A stretch of 64,000 bases of DNA. Source: an uncultured Pelagibacteraceae bacterium (GTDB lineage: Bacteria; Pseudomonadota; Alphaproteobacteria; Pelagibacterales; Pelagibacteraceae). The notes beneath the pieces are model-generated. The model saw nothing but the letters and a program-made list of their open reading frames with translations. It was not told the origin of the DNA and did not search any database. The stretch spans positions 2,114 to 66,113 of the forward strand of contig CACHMD010000003.1 of the NCBI GenBank assembly GCA_902580835.1, written 5' to 3'. The translations under genes and the position numbers were made by a program. This document shows, piece after piece, positions 54,069-63,428 of this stretch (position 1 is its first letter; each line of letters starts with the position of its first letter).

Positions 54069-54758
54069 TTATCTCGCGAGTTTTATAAAAATATCACCCA
54101 TTCCAGCATCTAAATTTTCTAAAGGTGTATTATTTCTCAACTCGCAATATCTACCCGTCACTTGATGACTTTTAACAAAGTCTACCTCATCTTTCGCACA
54201 ATTTTTTCCATTGTGCAATAAACCTATTACTATTCGATCGTTAAGACTATACACTTCTGATTTGTTGATTTTTTCACCATTACAAAAATAATCTTTATTT
54301 ACTCTATTGGGAAAATCTTTTTTAGAACAAGGATTTTTTATTGTTAAAACATAGAATTCTTTAAAACCATCCTCAAATTTATGTTTCATCTTTTGAGCTT
54401 CAGAATACTTCATAAGATCACAAGAACATGGAATACAACACCTATAATAGTTTCCACAAATTTTTTTATTCGTTTTACTTTCTTTAATAAATAAGAATTC
54501 TGAGTCACTATTTGGGTCAATTAAAGACCCAGAAACTGCACAATATAATTTGTTAAATTCAACAAAGTCTTTGTAAGTAATTTTTTTATCTATGATATAT
54601 TTAAAAAATTTTGGTCCCGCGGCATTTCTATTTTTATCAGGGAATATTCTAGACCAATCAGTAATAAGCTCTTTGTGATAATTTTTTTCTCCAGCAAACG
54701 ACTTTAGTTGAAATGATATTAAAAATACAATTAAAAATATATTGAATATTTTTTTCAT
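54069..54758 (-). CDS. Secreted cysteine-rich hypothetical protein
   Basis: Signal peptide (..LKSFA), 10 Cys including YCAVSGS and RCCIPCSCD; ATGA overlap with the upstream gene. Confidence 0.78.
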   Translation of the reverse strand: MKKIFNIFLIVFLISFQLKSFAGEKNYHKELITDWSRIFPDKNRNAAGPKFFKYIIDKKITYKDFVEFNKLYCAVSGSLIDPNSDSEFLFIKESKTNKKICGNYYRCCIPCSCDLMKYSEAQKMKHKFEDGFKEFYVLTIKNPCSKKDFPNRVNKDYFCNGEKINKSEVYSLNDRIVIGLLHNGKNCAKDEVDFVKSHQVTGRYCELRNNTPLENLDAGMGDIFIKLAR

Positions 54759-56200
54759 TTCTGTCTTACAATAATTGTTTGGTTAAGTTTCTTTATATCA
54801 ATCATTTCTTTACTTCCATTTGTCCATCTAATTTCTACTTTAAAATTTTTTTCTTTTTTTCTAATTCCATAATGTGCCACAGGTTCCATTTGGCATAAGT
54901 AACCAGATCCTGCATCAATTGTTTTTGAATGTTTTCTTTGACTAGTTATTAAGGTAACAGTGGCTCCTCTTGCTGGCGCACCATACTTATTTAATGGTTT
55001 AATCCTTAAGTATTTACTTCCTTTATCAACTTTTGCTTTATACAAAGTTAATGTTTGTGCTTTACTTTCACCACGAGAAACTAATAATTCTAAAATTCCA
55101 TCATTATCTATATCCGCGATTGCAGCACCAGTTCCATATCCATTAGCTTCGAGTCCTACCTGAAAATTTATCTGCTCAAATTTTCCATTATCTTTAATAC
55201 GAAATAACTTATTTGGTTCTGCTATATTGTTCATGAAAACTTCATCAAAACCATCATTATCAAAATCTGCAGAAATAATTGTTCTTATTCTAGAGGGTTC
55301 ATCAAAATCTTTATTTCCAATGTCTTTAAATTCATTATTTTCCAGGACCCAAGCTCTGTGATATCCAAGCCAATTACCACTTAAAATATCTAATCTACCA
55401 CGGTAATATATGTCTGATAAAGCTGTACCCCGTCCATTTTGGATTGCATCATCTAATCTATAATCAAATGCAACATCATCAAAATTTCCATTATTATTTT
55501 TAAAAAGAAAATTTGCTCCTCTCTCATTAGCCGCAAAGATATCAGTTCTTTCTGTCAAAATATGCCCAGATACAACTGCTCTTCCACCAGTAATATTATC
55601 CAGATTTAAATTCTCAGCTTTATCTTTGATAAGTTCATTTTCAATCTCATAAAACCTTGTTGGTCCTCCGTAGTTTGCAACATAAATTCCATATTTACCA
55701 TCTCCTTTTCTATCTACACAAACAACAGATCTTCCTGCTGTTAAATTTAGATTTTCTTTATTTTTTTCTAATTCAAATAAATCAAAATAATTATTATCTT
55801 TTAAATCCAATAATCTGTCTGAATATTTTTTAACTCCACTATATGTATCGGTATTTAAAAAGTAGATTTCTTCAAAGCCATCTTTATCAATATCACATGC
55901 AGCAACTCCAATGGTTTTCTTTGAAATATCTGAAAAAATTTTTTGTTGGTTTATATTCTTCAATTTTCCATCTTGAAAAGATAACGCTAAATTTGGAAAA
56001 CCAAAACCTGTGACTAAAAACTCATTATTTCCATCCATATTAAAATCTGTCACTGAAATACCATAGCTCAGTCTTTTTTCATTATTCTCAATAATTTTTG
56101 ATAGATCCTCAAAAAATTCTGCACGAGCGTTGTTTGTAAGAATTATTAATAAAAATAAAATTGAATATTTATAAAAATTTTTTATTTTTTTGATGAACAT
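54755..56200 (-). CDS. CRTAC1-family secreted FG-GAP beta-propeller / ASPIC-UnbV protein
   Basis: Repeated DxxxDG Ca-binding loops (DFNMDG, DIDKDG, DFDNDG, DIDNDG) and C-terminal [23 protein letters not shown]/UnbV motif; signal peptide. ATG 56200 preferred over TTG 56212. Confidence 0.88.
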   Translation of the reverse strand: MFIKKIKNFYKYSILFLLIILTNNARAEFFEDLSKIIENNEKRLSYGISVTDFNMDGNNEFLVTGFGFPNLALSFQDGKLKNINQQKIFSDISKKTIGVAACDIDKDGFEEIYFLNTDTYSGVKKYSDRLLDLKDNNYFDLFELEKNKENLNLTAGRSVVCVDRKGDGKYGIYVANYGGPTRFYEIENELIKDKAENLNLDNITGGRAVVSGHILTERTDIFAANERGANFLFKNNNGNFDDVAFDYRLDDAIQNGRGTALSDIYYRGRLDILSGNWLGYHRAWVLENNEFKDIGNKDFDEPSRIRTIISADFDNDGFDEVFMNNIAEPNKLFRIKDNGKFEQINFQVGLEANGYGTGAAIADIDNDGILELLVSRGESKAQTLTLYKAKVDKGSKYLRIKPLNKYGAPARGATVTLITSQRKHSKTIDAGSGYLCQMEPVAHYGIRKKEKNFKVEIRWTNGSKEMIDIKKLNQTIIVRQK

Positions 56201-56310
56201 TTTTTTGAACAATACTTAACTTTTTCCCAATTAAGTCTCCATTTTTTTCTCCATTTAAATGGCCTTTGACATATTGGACAAACTTTAATTGGTAAATTTT
56301 CTTTTTTCAC
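56182..56310 (-). CDS. DUF2256-family four-cysteine microprotein (42 aa, missed by the ORF track)
   Basis: Manual read from GTG 56310: [42 protein letters not shown]; matches the DUF2256 pattern LP.K.C..C.RPF.WRKKW...W..VKYCS..C. Confidence 0.88.
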   Translation of the reverse strand: MKKENLPIKVCPICQRPFKWRKKWRLNWEKVKYCSKKCSSKK

Positions 56311-57800
56311 TAAATTGTATTTTCTTTAATGAATTTATCTGCAGCTGACAAAATCAATTTTTTTCTATCAGTTTTCATCTTATCGAAAATTCTCACCATC
56401 ATTGAAAGCCTTGGATTTTTTAAAAAAAACTTTCTATTTCGATCTATAAATCTCCAATAAAGCCCATCCATTATATTGCACCAATCACCCCTCTTAAAAT
56501 CCATCATCTTCATAAAATAACTTGATCCACAAATGTATGGTTTAGTTGCAAATATTCCACCATCACTAAACAATCCCATTCCATAAACATTTGGAACCAT
56601 CACCCAATCTGAGGAGTCCACAAACATTTCCATAAACCACTTGTAAACAATAGTGGGTTTGATCTCACAAAGGTTCATTATGTTTGATAAAATCATAAGT
56701 CTTTCAATATGATGAGACCATCCATGATTTAATGCGTTCTTAATTGCATAATCCAATGGTGGTAATCCAGTAGTGCCGTCATACCAGGATTTTTTCATCT
56801 TACGATTTTGTTTGAAAAAATTTCCTGTCTCCATTTCACTAGAATAACTTTGATAAATTCCTCTCATAAATTCTCTCCAACCAATTATTTGACGAACGTA
56901 TCCCTCTAAAGAATTTAATCTTATTTTTTTACTTTTATGAAATTCTAAAATTTTTTTAATTATAAATTCTGGAGTTATAAAACCTAAATTTATATATGGA
57001 CTTAGTGCACTATGAAACAAAATATTATCTTTTTGATCAACTGCATCCTCGTAATCACCAAATAAATTTGATTTTTCTTTAATGAAAAAATTTAAAAGCT
57101 TCAAAACATCATTGTGTTCTGTAGCAAACCAGAAATTTTTAGTACTGCCAGGATTATCCTTAAATAGCTTTTCAACAATAGGTTTTAGCTTTTTGGTATG
57201 AGAAGTTTCATTTATTTTTGGAAATTTTGGGATTGAAATATTTTTTGGTAATTTATTTCTATTATCCTCATCAAAACTCCACTTACCTCCTGTAGGATTC
57301 CCATCAGCACCCATTAATATTCCAGATTTTTTTCTGACATCTTTGTAGAAAGTTGCCATAAATGGTTTTTTGGATTTAGATAAATATTTTTTAAAATCCT
57401 CTCTTGAATTTAAAAACATTGGTGTCTGGATAATATTCCATTTTATTTTTTCTTTATTAACAAATTGATTAATTTTTTTTTCAAAAAACTTATCCTCAAC
57501 TTCAAAACTGGATATTTCCTTAATCTTTTTTGTGCTAATTAATTTTTTAAGCTTTTTAAAATAACTTTCCTTAAATTCTTTATCCTCTATTTTTGAGTAT
57601 TCTATTTTAAATTTATCTTTTTTAAGTACATCTGCGTGAGATCGCATTGATGATAAAAATAGAAGAATTTTTTGTTTATGATGTTTTTCATAAGTACAAA
57701 GCTCGTAATCTTCAGCCATGAAAAAGAGGTGGTCTTTTTTGAAGCGGTCTAGGTATTTTGATGGAAATAATTGATTGCCCAGTATAAAAAATAACTTCAT
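56310..57800 (-). CDS. Bacterial (6-4) photolyase/cryptochrome of the PhrB/CryB (FeS-BCP) clade, apparently lacking Fe-S ligands
   Basis: [84 protein letters not shown]. Confidence 0.9.
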   Translation of the reverse strand: MKLFFILGNQLFPSKYLDRFKKDHLFFMAEDYELCTYEKHHKQKILLFLSSMRSHADVLKKDKFKIEYSKIEDKEFKESYFKKLKKLISTKKIKEISSFEVEDKFFEKKINQFVNKEKIKWNIIQTPMFLNSREDFKKYLSKSKKPFMATFYKDVRKKSGILMGADGNPTGGKWSFDEDNRNKLPKNISIPKFPKINETSHTKKLKPIVEKLFKDNPGSTKNFWFATEHNDVLKLLNFFIKEKSNLFGDYEDAVDQKDNILFHSALSPYINLGFITPEFIIKKILEFHKSKKIRLNSLEGYVRQIIGWREFMRGIYQSYSSEMETGNFFKQNRKMKKSWYDGTTGLPPLDYAIKNALNHGWSHHIERLMILSNIMNLCEIKPTIVYKWFMEMFVDSSDWVMVPNVYGMGLFSDGGIFATKPYICGSSYFMKMMDFKRGDWCNIMDGLYWRFIDRNRKFFLKNPRLSMMVRIFDKMKTDRKKLILSAADKFIKENTI

Positions 57801-57827
57801 AATTAAATATAACTAATTAAATTTTTT

Positions 57828-58538
57828 ATGTCAGAAAAATATCTTATTTTTGGTGCGACAGGTTCAATCGGATCAAGCTTGGCTGAACAATTAGTAAATT
57901 CTGGAAATGGTGTACATTTAGTAGGTAGAGATGAAAACGAGGTTAAAAATATTTCAGAGAGATTAGGGTGTTCTTTTACTATCGCAGATGTTTTGGAAGA
58001 GGGATTTATAGAAAAAGTTAAAAATGATATTTCTGATGTAAAAGGTGTTGCTTATTGTGTTGGGTCAATTGACTTAAAACCTGTGAGAATGGTAACAGAG
58101 CAAGATTTTGTAAAATGTATGAAATTAAATCTTTATTCTGCGGTTGAAGTTATTAAGGGTTATCAAGAGAGTTTGAAAAAAAATAAGGGCTCAATAGTTT
58201 TATTTTCAACTGTTGCTGCTCAAAGAGGATTTACCAATCACGCTATTATTGCATCAACAAAAGCAGCTGTTGAGGGTTTAACAGTCTCACTTGCAGCTGA
58301 ATTTGCTCCAAACATAAGAGTGAATTGTATTGCGCCAAGCTTGACTAATTCAAAAATTGCTGAGCCCATGTTAAAGAATAAAGCCCTAGCAGATGGTATT
58401 GCAAAGGCCCATCCTTTAAAAAGATTGGGAGAGGGAAAAGACTCTGCCTCTCTAGCTAGATTTTTAATAACTGAAGATAGCTCTTGGATAACAGGTCAAA
58501 TTATTGCAGTAGATGGTGGAAGATCTAAACTTTCATAA
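57828..58538 (+). CDS. Atypical SDR family oxidoreductase
   Basis: IFGATGSIG Rossmann motif, IRVNCIAPSLT, WITGQ..VDGG; the catalytic YxxxK reads IASTK. Confidence 0.88.
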   Translation: MSEKYLIFGATGSIGSSLAEQLVNSGNGVHLVGRDENEVKNISERLGCSFTIADVLEEGFIEKVKNDISDVKGVAYCVGSIDLKPVRMVTEQDFVKCMKLNLYSAVEVIKGYQESLKKNKGSIVLFSTVAAQRGFTNHAIIASTKAAVEGLTVSLAAEFAPNIRVNCIAPSLTNSKIAEPMLKNKALADGIAKAHPLKRLGEGKDSASLARFLITEDSSWITGQIIAVDGGRSKLS

Positions 58539-58539
58539 G

Positions 58540-59607
58540 GTGAAAAATCTTTTTTTTGTAATTATATTTTTTATATTTTTTTCAACTAATTTATTTGCTC
58601 AAAATTTAAAATTTAAAAAACTAGTTGTTCTTAACGACCCATGGGGTTCGTCTTTTTTGAATAATAAAGAACTAATTATTACTGAAAAAGGTGGAAAAAT
58701 TAAGATCATAGATATACGCCAAAAAAAAGCTGTTGAAATTGATCATAACCTAAATTTTCTAGAACACGGACAGGGTGGTCTTTTAGATATCTTATATAAA
58801 GATAATTTTATTTATGTTTCATATTCTGAAAACAGAGGTAATGGGAAAACAAGTACCTCTATCGCTAAAGCTATTTTTGATAAAAAAAAATTAAATTTTA
58901 AAAATATTTTTCAAGCTGAACCTCCTATTGATTCTGGTTATCATTTTGGTTCAAGGTTAGCTATCAAAGATAATCACTTATTTGCCTCTGCTGGTGAAAG
59001 AGGTAAAGGCATGATTGCCCAAGACCCCTCAAAACATCCTGGGAGTATAATTAGAATTAAACTTGATGGAAGTATTCCAAATGACAATCCTAAATTTGTA
59101 GATAAGCCAGATTGGCTACCTGAAATTTATCAAATTGGTATCAGAAATCCTCAAGGTCTAACTTTATCATCATACGATGGTAAAATTTATATGAGTAACC
59201 ATGGTGCCAAAGGTGGTGATTGGTTTGGTGAAGTAAAAAAAGGTGAAAATTATGGTTGGAAAATATTAGGCTGGGGAGGAAAAAATTATTCTGGGTTTCC
59301 TATTGGTCCAAAATGGAAACCTGGCTTTACAAAAGCAATACAATATTGGGTGCCATCAATTGCAACAAGTGCAATTACAATTTATAAAGGAAACGAATTT
59401 AATGAATGGAATGGTCATGCATTAATTACATCATTAAAAGATCAATCCTTAAGAAAACTAATCTTCAATGATTTGTCCAACATAAAAGAAGATGTAATTT
59501 TTAAAGATGAGATCGGACGAATTAGAGATATCCAGGTTCATCCAAAAAATGGAAAAATTTACTTTTTGGCGAGTGATAACCTTTGGCTGATGGAGAAGGC
59601 TAAATAG
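58540..59607 (+). CDS. PQQ-dependent sugar dehydrogenase (glucose/sorbosone dehydrogenase, YliI-like)
   Basis: PWG, ITEKGG, GQGGLLD, HFGSRL, GERG, GIRNPQG, NYGW, GRIRD. GTG 58540 preferred over ATG 58513. Confidence 0.88.
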   Translation: MKNLFFVIIFFIFFSTNLFAQNLKFKKLVVLNDPWGSSFLNNKELIITEKGGKIKIIDIRQKKAVEIDHNLNFLEHGQGGLLDILYKDNFIYVSYSENRGNGKTSTSIAKAIFDKKKLNFKNIFQAEPPIDSGYHFGSRLAIKDNHLFASAGERGKGMIAQDPSKHPGSIIRIKLDGSIPNDNPKFVDKPDWLPEIYQIGIRNPQGLTLSSYDGKIYMSNHGAKGGDWFGEVKKGENYGWKILGWGGKNYSGFPIGPKWKPGFTKAIQYWVPSIATSAITIYKGNEFNEWNGHALITSLKDQSLRKLIFNDLSNIKEDVIFKDEIGRIRDIQVHPKNGKIYFLASDNLWLMEKAK

Positions 59608-59617
59608 ATCTTAGTGA

Positions 59618-62155
59618 TTATTGATTTCTTATAAGAGGATAAACCTTTGGATTTAAATATTTAATATTAGTCAATAATATTAATACCAACGTTACTAAAC
59701 CAATGGATAAACCAAGATAAATCAAAACTTTAAGATCAAACTTCCAGAATAACTCAAATATATTTTCAATAATAAATTTTGAACCAACTACAGCAAACAA
59801 AACTGCAATCATTATTACAGATATAAAAATAATCATAAATTCAATCAGCGAAGAAAAAACAATCTCTTTTCTTGAAAAACCTAAAATTTTAAAAACCAAA
59901 TTTTGGTATTCTCTTACTTTTCCTTGGACCATTATTGCACTTGATATTACAATTAAACCAATGACGATAGTGACTGTTGAAATAACAATAACTGCTATGA
60001 AAACTTTATTTAAAACATTAGTTACTTTATTTAAATAATCAGCAATTTTAATCATTGATAAACTAGGGAAAATTTCAAGCATTTTTGTTTCATCAAATTT
60101 ATTTAAATTATAGAACTTTGTGGTTGCTAAATATTCGTGAGGAATATTTTTTGCAAAGTCAGGGTTAAAAAGCATTGCAAAATTTATATTTAGATCTCTA
60201 TAATCAACTTGTCTAAAGTTGACTATTTCACCATCAATTTCTCTACCATAGATATTTAAAGTAAATATATCCCCTAATTTAATATTAAAATCTTTTGCAA
60301 CCTTAGCGTCTAATGATATCTGAAGTTGATTTGGTTTAGACAAATCCCACCACTTACCATCAATAATTAGATTATCCTCAGGAACTTCTTTTGTCCAAGA
60401 TGATCTCCGTTCACTGCCAATAACCCAATAACTATCATTTTCAGGTGTAATATATGTGTTAGGATTTATACCATTAATTTTTACTACTCCTGAAGAAACC
60501 ATTGGCACAATTTCAATATTTGCACCAGGATCCATTGATAAAATTCTTTGTTCGAACTCTTCACGTTCTCCATTTTGAATGCCCACAAAAAAATAATCAG
60601 GAGCGATGTCAGGTATTGATTTTGCTATCTCTCTTTTAAAATTAGTTCCAACTAATGCCAAAGTCAAAAGTAATGTAACACCAAGGCCTAAAGACATAAT
60701 TGTAATAGGTGTAATACTTTTTGATTGTGTAATATTTTTAATAGATGCTTTCAAAGGAGTGCTCGAATTAAATTTAAACTTTTTTAGAGAAAAAATGATT
60801 AGCTTTGAAAGTAGAAAAAAGATAATCAAACAAATAAAAAATGCCCCAAAATACCCAAGACTATAAACAAGATTTTCTGATCTATAAGTAAATATTAAAA
60901 TCAAAATCGATAACATTATAATACTCGTGCCAATTAATTTTTTTGAATAATAAAATTGTAAGTTTTGGAATACATTTCTAAATAGACTTGAAGCTTTGAC
61001 TTGATCGATAGAACTAATTGTAGGAATCGAAAAAATTATCAAAACTAATAAACCTATTAAAAATATTTTTAAAAAATTAAAAAAAGAAAAAAATAAATTT
61101 ATCTTAAGTCCAAAGCTATTTGACAAATATTTGTCTGCTAATGGCACAATTAATAAACTACTTAAATATGCTGAAATAGTAATTATAAATAATAATATTA
61201 CTAATTGAAGATAATAAAGTTTTTTAATATTACCGGAATAGAAACCTAAGGCCTTTCTTACTGCTATAGACAAGTTATTTTGATTTATAAAAGACAAAAG
61301 AGTATTAGCAATACCAATACCAGCAATAAGCATCGCACTTATTGAAACTAGGGATAAAAATTGTGAAAAGTTACCAATTACTCTTTTTAATCCACTTGCT
61401 GCATTTTCTGGATATCTAATTTTTACCTTTTGATCATCTTTAAAAATACTTTCGATTTTTTCTATGATTATTTCTGGATTATCATTGGTATTAAATTTTA
61501 CTTTATATTCATAATTTAAAAAATTTCCTATTCCATTAAGTTTTAAGGTATCTAAAGTTTGCTTACCTGTTAAAACCCAATCTCCAAAAGTCACAAATCC
61601 ACTTACATCTGGAACAGATCTTACCTTACCAATAACAAGAAATTCTTGATCTTGAATTTTTACAATTTCATTTGTTTTGATATTTAAGGTTCTTGATAAA
61701 CTCTCATTAATTAAAATTGTATAAGGTTCAGTTTGCATTCTTTCATAAGCATCAGCAGGTTCATAAGTTACTTCACCATATAAAGGATACTTTTGGTCAA
61801 CTGTTTTTATTCTAGTAAATAATGATTTATTTTTCTTTCGATTTGTTGTCGAAAGCATTGTGCTGAATTCAACCATCTCTGATATAGTTGTAAATTCTTC
61901 AACTTTATTTAATAAATCTATATTTCCTTGATTTCTGTTATAATCAATTTCTAAGTCTCCACCTAAAAGCTCTTTAGCATTTTCTTTGAGTTCCTTTTTT
62001 AAACTATCCTCAATAGTAAATATTGTGCTTAATATAAAAAGACTGATGAACAAAGTGATGATTATACTAGAAATTTTTTTATAGTTCCTTTTTAAATCTC
62101 GCAGAGCATATATTAAGATAAACTTGTATTGATAAAAATTATTTAATTTTTCCAT
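59618..62155 (-). CDS. YbbP-like ABC transporter permease (double FtsX domain)
   Basis: LLGGDL, YPLYG, KALG, PDYFFVGIQ, KILG; adjacent to the ATPase and tesA. ATG 62155 preferred. Confidence 0.85.
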   Translation of the reverse strand: MEKLNNFYQYKFILIYALRDLKRNYKKISSIIITLFISLFILSTIFTIEDSLKKELKENAKELLGGDLEIDYNRNQGNIDLLNKVEEFTTISEMVEFSTMLSTTNRKKNKSLFTRIKTVDQKYPLYGEVTYEPADAYERMQTEPYTILINESLSRTLNIKTNEIVKIQDQEFLVIGKVRSVPDVSGFVTFGDWVLTGKQTLDTLKLNGIGNFLNYEYKVKFNTNDNPEIIIEKIESIFKDDQKVKIRYPENAASGLKRVIGNFSQFLSLVSISAMLIAGIGIANTLLSFINQNNLSIAVRKALGFYSGNIKKLYYLQLVILLFIITISAYLSSLLIVPLADKYLSNSFGLKINLFFSFFNFLKIFLIGLLVLIIFSIPTISSIDQVKASSLFRNVFQNLQFYYSKKLIGTSIIMLSILILIFTYRSENLVYSLGYFGAFFICLIIFFLLSKLIIFSLKKFKFNSSTPLKASIKNITQSKSITPITIMSLGLGVTLLLTLALVGTNFKREIAKSIPDIAPDYFFVGIQNGEREEFEQRILSMDPGANIEIVPMVSSGVVKINGINPNTYITPENDSYWVIGSERRSSWTKEVPEDNLIIDGKWWDLSKPNQLQISLDAKVAKDFNIKLGDIFTLNIYGREIDGEIVNFRQVDYRDLNINFAMLFNPDFAKNIPHEYLATTKFYNLNKFDETKMLEIFPSLSMIKIADYLNKVTNVLNKVFIAVIVISTVTIVIGLIVISSAIMVQGKVREYQNLVFKILGFSRKEIVFSSLIEFMIIFISVIMIAVLFAVVGSKFIIENIFELFWKFDLKVLIYLGLSIGLVTLVLILLTNIKYLNPKVYPLIRNQ

Positions 62156-62804
62156 CTTTAATTTTAATTTTTCTGCTTGCGCGGTTAGCAAGTTTTGGGT
62201 CGTGTGTTACCATAATTAACGAGGATCCTTCATCTTTAACATACCTAAATAAAATTTTAGAAATCATATTGGAATTTTCTGTATCTAAATTTCCTGTAGG
62301 TTCATCGGCTAGAATTAGCTCTGGCTTCATAGCAATAGCTCTTGCGATAGCGACACGCTGTTGTTCTCCTCCAGATAACTGACTGGGTAAATTATTTAGT
62401 CGATGTTTTAAGCCAAATCTATCTAAAAGAGATTTTGCTTCTTTTTCAGGATTTTTAAATTTATTTAATTCAAGAATTAAGGTTACATTCTCTAGGGCTG
62501 TATAATTTGGGATTAGATAAAAAGACTGAAAAATTATACCAATATTTTTTTTTCTGATTTTTGATACCTCATCCTCACTTAATTTTGTAATTTCGTGGTT
62601 TTGAAAATATATCTTGCCTGAAGTTGGACGCTCTAAACCACCAATTAACATGATTAAACTTGTTTTTCCTGAACCACTTTCACCTACTATTGAAATAGTT
62701 TCTTTTTTTTTTGTGCTCAAATTTATATCTTTTAAAACACTAATATTGTCTTTACCAGTTTGGTATTTAAGATTTATCTTTTTTAATTTAAGAAGAGTAC
62801 TCAT
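62139..62804 (-). CDS. YbbA/LolD-like ABC transporter ATP-binding protein
   Basis: GESGSGKT, LSGGEQQRVAIAR, ADEPTGNLD, VTHD; likely start ATG 62804. Confidence 0.92.
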   Translation of the reverse strand: MSTLLKLKKINLKYQTGKDNISVLKDINLSTKKKETISIVGESGSGKTSLIMLIGGLERPTSGKIYFQNHEITKLSEDEVSKIRKKNIGIIFQSFYLIPNYTALENVTLILELNKFKNPEKEAKSLLDRFGLKHRLNNLPSQLSGGEQQRVAIARAIAMKPELILADEPTGNLDTENSNMISKILFRYVKDEGSSLIMVTHDPKLANRASRKIKIKDGKIK

Positions 62805-63423
62805 GAGCAAAAGTTTTATTATTAAAATAATTATTATCTGTCTACTAACCATTAATGCATATGCAATCGAAAAGATTGTATTATTTGGTGATAGTTTGAT
62901 GGCTGGTTATGGTTTATCTGATGACAATAGTTTACCAGTCGTTTTAGAGGAGAATTTAGAAGCAAAGGGATATAATATTGAGATTGTTGATGGCAGTGTT
63001 TCTGGTAGTACATCGTCAGGGGGATTAAATAGAGCTGATTGGACTTTAAGTGAGCCAGATATAGATCTAATAATTTTATGCTTAGGGGCTAATGACATGT
63101 TAAGAGGCATCCAGCCAAAAGAAACAAAAAGCAATTTAGAAAAAATTATAAAAATTGCTCAAGATAAAAATATTGAAATTATCCTAGCTGGGATGATTGC
63201 TCCAACCTCGCATGGTTTTTCTTATAAAAAAAAATTTGACAAAATTTTTCCTGATATAGCCAAAAAATTTAAAATAGAGCTTATTCCTTTTTTACTTGAG
63301 GGAGTGGCCATGAAGCCCGAATTTAATCTAAGTGATGGTATACATCCAAATGAAGAGGGCACCATAATAATCAGTAGAACTTTAGAGGAGACAATTATAA
63401 AAACTTACAATAAAAAAAATTAG
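62803..63423 (+). CDS. tesA: Arylesterase/thioesterase I (SGNH/GDSL)
   Basis: Signal peptide from ATG 62803, FGDSLMAGYG, VSGSTS.GG, LGANDMLRG, DGIHPN; divergent from ybbA as in E. coli. Confidence 0.88.
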   Translation: MSKSFIIKIIIICLLTINAYAIEKIVLFGDSLMAGYGLSDDNSLPVVLEENLEAKGYNIEIVDGSVSGSTSSGGLNRADWTLSEPDIDLIILCLGANDMLRGIQPKETKSNLEKIIKIAQDKNIEIILAGMIAPTSHGFSYKKKFDKIFPDIAKKFKIELIPFLLEGVAMKPEFNLSDGIHPNEEGTIIISRTLEETIIKTYNKKN

Positions 63424-63428
63424 TTTAA

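Noticed and set aside
51800-58540. Photolyase block as a mobile element or prophage
   Set aside because: No integrase, transposase, tRNA target, terminal repeats or obvious compositional shift seen.
62614-62802. 63-aa N-terminal extension of tesA given by the ORF track
   Set aside because: It is antisense to the ybbA Walker A region; the signal peptide begins at ATG 62803.
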